A stretch of 64,000 nucleotides of DNA from Chrysomallon squamiferum (lineage: Eukaryota; Animalia; Mollusca). The notes beneath the pieces were generated by a model. It was not told where the DNA came from and made no database searches. It saw only the letters and a program-made list of their open reading frames with translations. The stretch spans positions 8,556,001-8,620,000 of the forward strand of contig CM022669.1 of assembly GCA_012295275.1 (NCBI GenBank), read 5' to 3'. This document shows, one piece after another, positions 22,436-35,000 of the stretch. Made by a program: the position numbers and the translations under genes. Within the stretch, counting starts at the first letter, position 1. The number at the start of each line of letters is the position of its first letter.

Positions 22436-23393
22436 GTCCTGTTCTCTACGTAAAAAACACTCTTCACTTTACATATTTAAATATCATTCAGATCTGTCCT
22501 TCATTTAAATACACTGAATATTATGCATTAATTCTACACATGGAACTGTCATTCTGATTGATGTTTCGTCATCTGATTCTGACACGAATACGCATACTCA
22601 AAATCAGGAACTGGTTATGACAATTCAAAGCTATCATACAGATGATGAGACATCAATCAGAATGACAGTTCCATGTATAGAATTAATATATAATATTCAG
22701 TGTATTTAAATGAAGGGCTGATCTGTACTTCATTAATAAAAATGTATGATAAAATTATTGTATAGCTTTTCCAGTAAAGTCTAAACCTTGTGTGAGAAAA
22801 ATTTCGATATGAAAACAGACAAACAGAAAAGTTCCAGTACATAATAAAAAAAAAAAAAACTTTTAATAACTGTGTTATTCGAAAAAAAATAATAACATAT
22901 ATACGTATATGTATGAGTGCTTCTGCATGTGAGTATGTGCGTATCGGTGATATCTGTGTGTGTGTGAGTGTGTGCGTGTGTTTATTTCAAAACCATATTT
23001 ATACCCTTCATGTACGAAAATAGTCGCACCACTTTTATCAGGCAAAATTGTCACAATCGTTTAGCCCACATACATATTTATAGACACATAGAGAGTTTCA
23101 TGCATGCCAGATCTGTTACTCACACGTACCTGTAACATTTTCACAAACTTAAACGTCAGACATGCACTGTTCATGAGCACTGTAACAGATTTAAGAACGA
23201 TGTTTCAAAAAATATTTTATACATTAACGGATGACACTTAGAGGATAATTAAACAATTTTATAACCAGTTCGCTATGTTTTTGTGAATTAAAAAGTTATC
23301 AACAGATTTCAGTCTACATACTTTTTTTTTTATTTTCTCTCACAATATCGGTGTAAAGACAAAATCTAAGAAGAAAATCGGATTTTAGCCAAT

Positions 23394-25386
23394 TCACATT
23401 GAGTCAATGTTTCCAGGAATCAGCAACGTACCCAGATATCTCATTCCTTCTATTATTGGACTAGATCCGTCTTCTTGCCAAGGTTTCAGTAGCCACGGAA
23501 ACCAGCGGAATGGAGTGAGGACGAAGTGTTCAAAGTCGTGATCGACGAAACCATGACATGAAGCAAAAATTCCATCCGTAATAATAGTTCCAGTGTCTGT
23601 GAGTGGTACGTACAAACCTGTCAAGAAATGTTATTGGTATTAATATCTACAAGTAGCTGAGAAACACCTGACATACGATACATGAGTACATACGAGAAAT
23701 AACTTCGTACAAGAAATGGGTATTGATGTAAAACACCCACAATGCGGAAGATTAAACACTTATGTATATAATATATATATATACATAGAAAGCTGCATAC
23801 AAACAGAAATAACAATATATAAAAATAGTGAGGTACAAGCAACAGATGCTTAGCTACAGTAGTAATTGAAGGGCTGTGGTTGTAGCAGTAGCTGAACAAT
23901 AACAACTGTTGGTTTTGGTGATAACGGCGTTAGTAATGTAGGTTGTTGTAATATGACTAGGAAAACTTGTAGCAATAGCGGTAGTAGTAGTAGTACTAGT
24001 ACTATAACTAGTAGTAGCAGTACTCCTAGCAATTAATGTTATTATTAGTTCTAATAGTGATAGTAGTAGTAGTACTAGTAGTAGTAATAGAAGTAGCAGG
24101 ACTCGTAGCAATTAATGTGTTTCTATTATTAGTTGTAATAGTAGCAGTAGTAGGACTAGTAGTAGCGGTCTTAGTGTGGTGATGATAGTAACGGTAACCG
24201 CACCTTCTTTCTCGGACAAAGATATTTCCACGACTCGCTCTGGACAAAGACCACTTGAACACGACCGGGAAGAGAAAACGTAGTCACCTCGTTCCACAAA
24301 CAACGAAAACCTGAAAGATTTCAACATGATAAAATAAACAACCAGTATTCACAGGAATGACAAATATTTTACTTTATGATAAATTTAAATGCCTTTGTTA
24401 TTTTAAGTATTGGCTGATTTAACCTATAACTGCTTATAACTGTCGAGGAAGGGAGAAGGTGTATTTGACGTGTGGAATATATGACACTTGTAAAAGCAAC
24501 ACGGTACAGCGTAAAAAAATAATCATTTAGATTCACATTCTCAATCAAGCGAGTCGAGATTCTGAAATTCATACGCCATGTCAGTGACAGCAGTCGTATA
24601 GACAACACATTATATTTGTGGTGGAAATCTTGCGAGATCAGATGTTTTGGTTTATCGTACACTTCGTTTGTTGACGGGTGTAAGTTAAAATGGCACTTCA
24701 ACAACTGATCATTCATTCCACCAAAAAACACACTACTGCCGAACCACAATACGAGTTCATCACAGCCGAGCTGAGGAAGCAATCTGAGATTATTTCTAGA
24801 ATGTAACAAGCCTTAACTTCGTCAAAGAAAAGATACAAACCTAGCTTGCATTTCAGTAGATCTGTTGTTCTTAGACACAAATATCAGATGGTCGTCTGTC
24901 ATGGTGATGTGATTTCCGTTTTCTGTTGTCAACGTTCGAAAGGTGGAATTCGTGTTAGGCTTTCGTTTTATAAAAGTTTTTACTTCTGAAAATATCCTCT
25001 TACCATTTTCAACTAAAAAACAACGTGTTTTGAATCTTTGTCATTTTCGTCTTAGCAAACGTCGAGAAATTAATAATTTTCAAACGATTAATTTCTGAAT
25101 GTTTACTACTGTTTTCAATGACGTTTATATTGTTTTCCTAGAAATTAAGATTAGAACAAATCCAGCGTGAAAAATACGTGAGTTAAGAAGAAAAATATCA
25201 GGACACGTACTTTAGAGATCCTAACAAAATATTCCTACTAGTATAAAACAAAACTGATTCAAATTTTGCACAATTTAGGACTATACACTGTTTTGCATTT
25301 TCGGAAGACAAAATTTCTAGGGCTTCAATGTAGGTATTATTTTTCGCTAATCAGTTCTAAGGAAAAATAGAATAAGCAAAATTTTA

Positions 25387-25425
<39 letters not shown>

Positions 25426-25470
25426 TAATAATAATAATATTAATAAAAATAATAATAATAATTATTATTA

Positions 25471-25528
<58 letters not shown>

Positions 25529-26871
25529 TGTAATCAGAAATCACTCATTTAGGTAAGTACCCGTTAGAACTTTATTTCCTGCTTTGAGATGCCTCATTTT
25601 TATTGCTGACCCATCTTCAAGCTGTAGCTGACTATCACCATAGAAACAGCAATCTTTACAGCATTTATTTGGTCCCCATAACTCATCACAACCGCATTTG
25701 CATTCACTTTTGGGTGTATGTCTGGGAGCTTTTTCCAACAAGGTTTTACAGTCACAGAGTGACATCTAATAATTTACAAAATAAATTAACGAAATGTTTC
25801 CTATAACATATTCTGATTTTTATTTATTTGTATCAAATATTCTCGAAAAGCGGACATTCGTAGTAACTGTTCTGATAATAATTTTTTATGTAATGAATTC
25901 CAGATGTTGACGATCGCAATAAATAAAATATTTTCAAAATGACATATGTAAATGTGTTTTATGTACATATATATGTATACATGTGTATATGTACATATGT
26001 ATGTATGAATGTATGTATGTGTTTATGTATAAAATCAGCACTATCAGAGACATTCACACTCACACACACACACACACACACAAACAGAGCAAGAGAGATG
26101 TTACAGTATTTATAAATCTTGTCTACACATAATTTACAGATTTTATTTAGCTAACGAAGTTGGATAAAAAGATTATAAACTATGGCAAATAAAATAAATG
26201 AAAGTATACATACATCGACCGATTCTGCTATAAGAAAGAGAAAAACAAAAGAGAAATAAAATCAAACTTATAACTAAAATATCATATTGCCTATAATATT
26301 ACATTGTACTTTAGACCGTCAAGGATAATATCATATTATACATTTCATTGTTAAATAAAATTCCATATTTTGTATTTCATTATCAAACGAAGTAGATTAT
26401 ATTAGCAAAGAAAATTAAATTGTATTTTACATTATCAAAGAAATTACCATATTGCGTATTTCGTTATCAAAAGCCATTCATGTTAAAAAAGTACTTTATC
26501 AACGAAAACAAAGCACTGTACTTTGAAAACAGACGAATTCACGAAATGAAAACGGGGAAGAGTTAGATAATGATAATAATTTAAAGAGACTGAAGTTGGA
26601 GAGAGAAAAAATAGAAAAGAAAGATAAAATATCACGTGTTGTATCTATGAGCACTGGAGACTCGTAGTCAAAGAGGAAACGAGTAAATTGTAGTGAATTA
26701 TGAATTTACTACCACACACCACGACAGGCTCTTCTCAATTGCCATCTGCTTGATTTGCTGAAAATGAATTTTTACGTAAATTTCTTCAACGGTTAAAAAC
26801 AATGTTAGTAAAGTATTAATCGAAATACCTGGTGACAGCAAAACAGCGAAAAAGAAAATTATAATGCCCAT
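23394..26871 (-). CDS. G3: secreted Cys-rich peptide-Hint/Hog precursor (subfamily B), 254 aa, intact
   Basis: Exons (minus) 26871-26829, 26227-26214, 25765-25561, 25012-24841, 24310-24204, 23617-23394 (765 nt, GT-AG, in phase). Peptide MSLCDCKTLLEKAPRHTPKSECKCGCDELWGPNKCCKDC|CFYGDSQLQLEDG; TMTDDHL and ASCH present. Confidence 0.88.
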
Positions 26872-28411
26872 GTCTTGTTTCCTTCTGAAAATCACTCCTT
26901 GCATCGCATGTTAAATATCATTCAGATCTGTCCTTCATTTAAATACACTGAATATTATACATTAATTCTATACATGGAACTGTCATTCTGACTGATATCT
27001 CATCATCTGATTCTAAGATAATAGCTTTCAATTGTCATAACCATCTCGTCATACACATACACATACATACTTATACACAGAGAAACACACAGACACATAC
27101 ACACAGATACATACACACAGACACAAACACACAGACACATGCACACAGACACATAAACACCGATGCATACACTGCCAGTCCTTCATTTAAGTGTGTATAT
27201 TTATATGTAGATATGTTATATAAAGTAACTCTAGTTACATTCTAAGATGATCTAAAGCCACATTCTACGCAACCGTAGACAAGACTCTATTGTTTCCTGT
27301 GCATTATCTCTACTAATTGCAACATTTATATCTATGTAAACAGTTACGACTGTCCTTATGACTGTTTTTGGTATTTCCTGTACAATATCTAACAACTGAC
27401 TGAAGTAAAACTCTAATTTCATGTGTGTTGGAATCTGTTTATATAACCATATTTTAAAGAGCGAAAGGTGTGTTATCTAACTGTGTCATTTGGAAAGAAG
27501 GGAACTTAGGATTTATAAGCATGTGTAAGTGACCATTGTATTAGTCATACATTGGTCGTTTCCTATTTCATTCTGCACCTTTCTTGTGTGTCTGTGTGTA
27601 ATGTGTCTTTGTATGTATACCTATTTTTTTTATTTTGGATAAAAATACATTTTTCTCATTCCAGTGATACGAGCTAAAGTGGTGTGTTCTACTTTATCCC
27701 TGAAATGTTTGCTAATAAGAGAGGATGAAAACACTTGAGACAGATATTGGGAATATAACATTGATTATTCCGATTGTACTTACATTCGGCAGTTCAGTCC
27801 GTTGCTGAGTTCAGTAGTACAATATCTGGATATTTCCTGTCGAATGTTTCAAGTAGGTGATAGACGGTTTTATTCTATATACATCGGCAGACATTGTGGG
27901 GTATCTCTGCAGAAAGACACACATACACACATACACACATACATTAAACTAACTGATTCGTGTTATTCGACAAGCACAGTGACAGTGGACAATCAACTGT
28001 CAGCCACTGTTTTGTTACATTAGAAATTTAAACAATTTCGTTAAACACTAATAAAACTGAACACTAAAACATCTGCTACTGAAATGATGTGTCAAGATGT
28101 AACGAAATAAGCAGATTATTCTTTCACATGTTATGATTTACAACATTTTAGCTGTCAAATAATAATGAAATAATTTTTTTTTTTTTTTTTTTACATATAA
28201 TATATAAATATTATTTATTAGAAAAAAGGTTTAAATAAGAATGTATTAAATATTCATGTGGTCAATCTAAATAAATCTGAAAAATTACGTCATTCAAAAT
28301 ACATACGGTATAGTTTAAAAATATGTTGGTGTCCAACGCACACAATGAATAGTTATGTTTAAAACGACAAGTGACCTAGCAGGATTTTATTATGCCGTCA
28401 TTGCACATCTA

Positions 28412-28601
28412 GCAACTTTGGTTGTCGATGGAATTTTAGCTTCATGTTATGACTTTGTCGATCACGACTTTGAACATTTCATCCTCATTCAATTCCGCTG
28501 GTTTCCGTGGCTTCTGGCAAGAAGACATATCTAGTCCAATAATAGAAGTAATGGATTATTTAGGCACGTTGCTGATTCCTGGAAACATCGACTCAATGTG
28601 A
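28412..28601 (+). pseudogene. Degenerate orphan exon 6 (direct duplicate of 17416-17604)
   Basis: Same lesions as 17416-17604; offset ~11.0 kb. Confidence 0.8.
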
Positions 28602-29202
28602 ATTGGCTAAGATCAGATTTTCTTCTTAGATCTTTGTTTTTACACTGGTACTGAGAGATATAATAAAATAAAGTCTGCTGACTGAAATCTGTTGATAACT
28701 TTTCAATTCAAAAAAAAAAAAAAAAAAAAAAAAAACAAAAAACAAAAAAACAGCATTTATTTATCCTTTAATGTATCATTCTATTTTTTAAAACTTCATT
28801 AATACTGCTTTTAAATTATAGTTTGGTACGAATTACTCGATTACTGCTTTTGTCTTCACACCAGTACTGAGAGAGAAAATAATATGAATACGACACATGG
28901 TTAGGAAATATTTATTTCAAACACCAGCGTGTCCTGCTGTCTTCCTGTTTCAGTCTGATTATTATTTTTTTTAAATCTGTGATAAATAACATATAGGTTA
29001 TAAATTTCCCTGATATGTTTAAAAATGTTTGTTGAAACATCGTAAATGTTTTGAAGTATGGTTAGTAAGAAATACGGTGAAAGCGATTGGGAGGGAGAAA
29101 ACAAAGAGGGTGAGAAAGAGACAGAAACAACCAACGAGGTATTAAACGAATAACTAAAATAATAACATAAAGTCACGTTTGAAACAGAATGGAAAATTTT
29201 AC

Positions 29203-29245
29203 CTGACAGAAGCAAAATAATGAAGCAAATATGTTTGCAGTTTTC
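29203..29245 (-). pseudogene. Relic subfamily-A exon 1 lacking ATG, with homologous upstream region to ~30300
   Basis: Minus strand reads ...HICFIILLLS G|GTAAAA (cf. G4 HFCFIILLLS G|GTAAAA). The upstream flank is homologous to the G5/G1 upstream regions. Confidence 0.55.
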
Positions 29246-31664
29246 TTAACTAGATTGGTTTATGGCTTGGTTTTATGACACAGTCACTATTGTAATAGAA
29301 GTTAAAGACAAACGATCAGTCATACATTTAAATATATCAGAAATTTAACTGTTCTGAGAGAGAGAATGGCTTGGATTTAAGTTCAGTATTAAAATGAATT
29401 TACCTTTTGCATCCCATTTTATGAACGTTACATCTGTTAATTTTAAATAAAACATTTGTGAAATAATTCCATTATTTTTCACGTTTTCAGATATGCACCA
29501 TATGTGAATTTCTCTTTTCCTTCTTCTTTTTATTAAACTTTTTCTTTCTTTCTTTTTTCCTTCTTCTTTTTTCAGATAAAATAGAATAATGTTGCACAAA
29601 TGTATTAATTGATCAGTTTGTACAAATAACAGAGAAATGCTAACTGACGATGTTTTCTTTTAAATAAATATTTAATTCATTTTGCTTATAATATGTTATT
29701 TATGGAAATAAAAGTTAGAAACAAATTGACCACAAATGACTTCACTTTACAACCATAAATACAATAATGCTTTTCAATGAATATTAGATCAAAGCGATAG
29801 CTAATTCAGCTTACCAAAGTGATATTGTAATTCATTTTAAATAAAGATAAATATAAATTTAATATTCTAAGAGAATTTTTTCTTTCTTCTGTGTTTATCA
29901 ATTTTCAATTTTATATCGATTGTTGACCATAATTTATGCGTTTTAATATTACTTGTCGGTTCCTTCGTTTTGTTAAAATACATATGTTGACTGTTTTTAA
30001 AGTAATGCAAAGAGAGGAATGAATAAATAGTTTTATTTGAATTATAATGCGACCGAAATTAAATAAAATCTTCGTCTTAACACAGCCATTCATTACTTAA
30101 AATTCCACTCTGCACATACAAAGAAATATGTTTCTTCATTCACATTGATGCTTTATATTTAATGGTTTTTAAATATACAAATTCTTCTGTCTTACTTACG
30201 TGTCCTAAATTTTTATTAATTCACACATTTTAAACATATCAAGAATAATATCTGCAAAAGAATACTTATTATGGCAGATTTATTCTGGAAAATTTCAATG
30301 GAACAAGATTGTTTTTCTTTCTTTTAATTAATCTAAGAATGTATTCCAAATTTTACTATGCCTGAAAGTCTAAATCATGCAGAGCTAAGTAATACACTGT
30401 ATACCTCCCTGTACGACACTGTACTGTATGACACAAAAGTGTTAACACTATTCATTTTACTTTGTTTTATTTTATAAACATTTTATGTTCATCCATTATC
30501 ATCGATGCATGACTTCTGTGACTCAGTATAGTTCTCTGAAACAAGCTCTTATGAATCTCTCTGATGACGATAATGTGAATAAGGAGAATTAGAAAATAAC
30601 ATCAAATAAAAAGTAATGAATAACAGAGTCATTGCCGAAAACACTCGCACTCCAACTGGTGAATACGAATGGGAGTTGGTGACAATGGATGTAGATAATG
30701 ATAAAACATTAAAAAAATATATACTTGCATAAACTACGATATTTTCGAATGACATCATATCAACTTTTTTGGCAAACAAAGATATACGTACAAGTTTGAT
30801 TAGTTACATTATCTAAAACATTCCTAGGTTTCAACATTCTAAATATATTACTTTATATCCATATTGATAAGCACGATGTGAGAGATTTACAAATGATATC
30901 GTAAAATTTATTAAACAGATACATATATATGTATCAGTTTGGTGACGTACCGGATCTATATGTGTGTATATGACAGAATGACAGATGTGCAGTTATCATT
31001 TTTTTTTTTTTTTTTTAAATAATCCCATGACAGAAAGGAATAATTCTAGAACCAGCTTCTGCATAAATTGAAAATAATTGCTCATTTATTAAAGTTTAAT
31101 TTTCAATTCACTGCAATGTCTACAGTAAGCTCTTTTTTTAACACACATGTTTATTGTATAGCCAAATAATAAATAAGCTATTTCAGCAAAAAGTGGGAAG
31201 TGAAATTCACTAGAAATATGCCAAAAATTGCATGACCAGAAATAGCCATAAGAAATCCCATTTCAATATCTTCTACATTAATGACAATTCTGTTTGACTA
31301 ATAAATCTGTTATCTTTTGTACGGCTGTGTTTAAAACTTTAAATCACCGTCAAGTACATGACTTATAAAACATCGAAAATTAGATCTGCATTCATTTTTA
31401 TTTCTTGACCACACCTGCACTGATTCTCGTTTAGTAATTTCAAAAAGTTAGAAACCTTTATGACAAGTAATTGTACACCTTATTCAGTAAGGTCTACACC
31501 TTATCTGAGAAAAATTTAGAAACGAAAACAGAGAAACAGAAATGTTCCACGACATTATAACAACAAAGAAACTTTTAATAATTGTGTAAGTGGGAAAAAT
31601 AAAGAACATATATACGTATGTGTATGTGTGAGTATGTGGGTATTGGTGATATGTATGTGTGTGT

Positions 31665-31699
<35 letters not shown>

Positions 31700-31708
<9 letters not shown>

Positions 31709-34517
31709 ATAACCTTCATGTACGAAAATAGTCGCACCACTTTTATCAGGCAAAACTGTCATAATCGTTTAGCCCACATACATATTTATAGACACACAGA
31801 GAGTTTCATGTATGCCAGATCTGTTACTCACACGTGCCTGTAACATTTTCACAAACTTAAACGTCAGACATGCACTGTTCATGAGCACATTGAACAATAT
31901 TCAGCCACTAAATTCATTTATTATCTATAAAAAGTAATCTACTAATTCCTGCTAACAATAATTTAAAACGTTTTACGAACAATCTGTGAACAAATATTTT
32001 TATATATATGACGATAATTTATAACCAATACGTTACTTATAACACATTAAAAAATGATAAGTACACTGAAACACGAATGTTCCAGGACACGTTCATGTTT
32101 TAAATAAATATTTCATAACGATCTGTCATATTAGTATTATTGTCTCTCTCAGTATCGGTGTTAAGACTAAACAATAATCGATGAACTGGTACTAACCATA
32201 ATTTAACAGATTTAAGAACGATGTTTCAAAAAATATTTTATACATTAACGGATGACACTTAGAGGATAATTATTATTTTTTTATAACCAGTCCGCTATTT
32301 TTTCTGCAGACTTTTTTTTTTAATTTTCTCTCACAATACCGGTGTAAAGACAAAAATCTAAGAAAAAAATCGGATTTTAGCCAATTCACATTGAGTCAGT
32401 GTTTCCACGAATCAGCAACATACCCAGATATCTCATTCCTTCTATTATTGGATTAGATCCGTCTTCTTGCCAAGGTTTCAGTAGCCACGGAAACCAGCGG
32501 AATGGAGTGAGGGTGAAGTGTTCAAAGTCGTGATCGACGAAACCATGACATGAAGCTAAAATTCCATCGACAACAAGAGTTCCTGCCTCTGTGAGTGGTA
32601 CGTACAAACCTGTCATTAAATATTATTTCTATTAAAAACTTTAAATAATAGAGGAGAACAGGGAAACGCTACAGCGACGTACAACGTAGAAACAATGTGG
32701 TTCAAGGTAGGAATTGTACATGCAATGGTGAAACAAGAGCTGTACAGTATAGAGTCAGTGAAGATCTGTATATAATTAACATACACAATTAAAGAGACAT
32801 ATCCTAGAATGCACGTCATACAAAAGTTAGTTAGACGTCTATTTACCACAAATACAACGTCGTACTAATAATAGATGGTGATGTGAATATAGAAAAGCAA
32901 AGTCGTTAAAAAAATAGGCACTGAAGTGAAACATAGTCTAAAAGAAACATTGCTGGACTAGATAGAAATAACGTCCCTACGAGAGATAGGCTGTGATTCA
33001 AATATAGAAACAAAATGGTATAATTAAGCATAAAACAGGAAACAACAACTGTTATAGCAGACACATATATTGTTGTAGTAGCAGTAGAGGATTTTCAGTT
33101 AGTGATGCCATTAGAACCAGTAATAGTAATATGAATAATGGAAGTAATAATATAAACAGTAGCTGTCATAGGAGCCACAGCCGTGAGATGCGTAAAGTCA
33201 GTAATAATAGAACCTTCTTTCTTGAACAAAGATATTTCCACGACTCGCTCTGGACAAAGACCTCTTTCCACGACCATCGAAAAACTGAAAATTCCAAGTC
33301 ATCCGATTTTCACGACATATAAAACAATTCATCGAACATTTTTCATATAAAGAATAAAACAGAAAAAATAAAAATCAGAAATGCACTTATTATAGACTGT
33401 AATTTGGTAAGTAACTAACACATAAACAAACATAAATCACAGTATTTTATGTAAAGGGAATATAACAATAGTTCTTGATAATGAACATGACCATGTACAG
33501 CAGAGAGAATGGATGACCAAGAAACGAAAAGTACACACATACTAATGAATTCATTATGAACTTTCTTTTTTCATTTTTCATTTGCATACAGGAAAGTCTG
33601 TAATCTGAGACTGCAGTTAACGTTCAAAACGACAGGTGAACAAATTCAGCGCTGACTTTACCCACTTAACAGACACATATCACAAACCTAGCTTGCATTT
33701 CAGTAGATCTGTTGTTCTTAGACACAAATATCAGATGATCGTCTGTCATGGTGATGTGATTTCCGTTTTCTGTTGTCAACGTTCGAAAAGCTGCATTGGT
33801 GTGGCTGTCGTTTTATGAAAGTTTTCACTTCTGAAAATATTCGAGAACCATCTTGCACTGAAAAAAAGTAATCTGTTTGAACCTTTGTAACGAAATCAGC
33901 ACTAAAACTCAGATGTATAAATGTTAGTATTTACCTGTTAATATCTTGTGTCCTGCTTTCAGATCACTCATTTTCATCATTGATCCGTCTTCAAGTTCAA
34001 GCTCGCTAACTGCATGGAAACAACCCAGTATACATTCCTTGCAGCAATCCTTATGAAACTTAGTCGAATAACCGCATGTACAGAAAGATTTCAGTGTCTT
34101 CCTCTCTAAACCAGGTCTAATATGGCATATACAGTATGGTTCCTGTTAACACACATCAGTCACCTTAGTAATCCTCAGATTTTTTCTAATAATTCTCTGA
34201 ATTAATAATACAAGAATAACGCAGACACACAAACAGAGAGAGAGAGAGAGACTGACTGACTCTTGGAATTATATATTATATATAGAGATAATGGATTTCA
34301 TATTTTGTTCCAATGACATTGTGTAATAAAGTAAAAATGTATGCGAAGACAAATATTTGAATATATATACATACAGAATCAGAGATGGCTGCTATTATCA
34401 CTAAAAGGAGAAAGTTGAATTTAATAGTTTAATTGTGAGGCTTTAATCTAGAGAATTATAATACATAATTATAATATGTTATATTCTTATCATCCTTTAG
34501 CTTAACTATACACTCTT

Positions 34518-34597
<80 letters not shown>

Positions 34598-35000
34598 GAG
34601 TTCAAAGATATAAATAACTACAATTACTACATAAATTCGAGTATCAAATAAAATTTAGACATTTTTACCTGATAACAGCAAAATAATAAAACAGAAATGG
34701 AACACGTGCATTATTTGCTACTTTCTCCAAAATACAGTTCTGAAAGAGATAACTGCTTTTTATACTGTAAATAAATATCAAAATACCTTTGCCTCTTGTA
34801 TCCTCTGTATGAATAATGTATCAAACGAATAACACCCATTTTATGAAAGTTACATCTGTTGATATCGCACCTTACAGCGTTACAAAGCTTCTTCAGAAGA
34901 TAATCACATTTGCTTATCTCTCACCTTGTCAGCTATCCAACAAAACGCGAATTTTTCTTTTTTCTTCTTCTTTACTCTGCTTTTTAGAAACATTTTCCTT
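31700..35000. repeat. Inverted duplication arm carrying G4 (partner ~39600-43080 carrying G5, head-to-head)
   Basis: Introns 4-5 and 3' flanks of G4 and G5 are reverse-complement homologues (e.g. ORF-track peptides 32616-32849 vs 41944-42177). Confidence 0.85.
32386..34711 (-). pseudogene. G4: Cys-rich peptide-Hint/Hog gene (subfamily A) with disrupted Hint
   Basis: Exons (minus) 34711-34669, 34400-34375, 34142-33935, 33857-33688, 33284-33214, 32609-32386. MHVFHFCFIILLLSVIIAAISDS-EPYCICHIRPGLERKTLKSFCTCGYSTKFHKDCCKECILG|CFHAV. Exon 4 is 170 nt (2-nt AC deletion, frameshift before TxxH). Exon 5 is 71 nt (36-nt deletion between two GGT codons). Confidence 0.85.
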
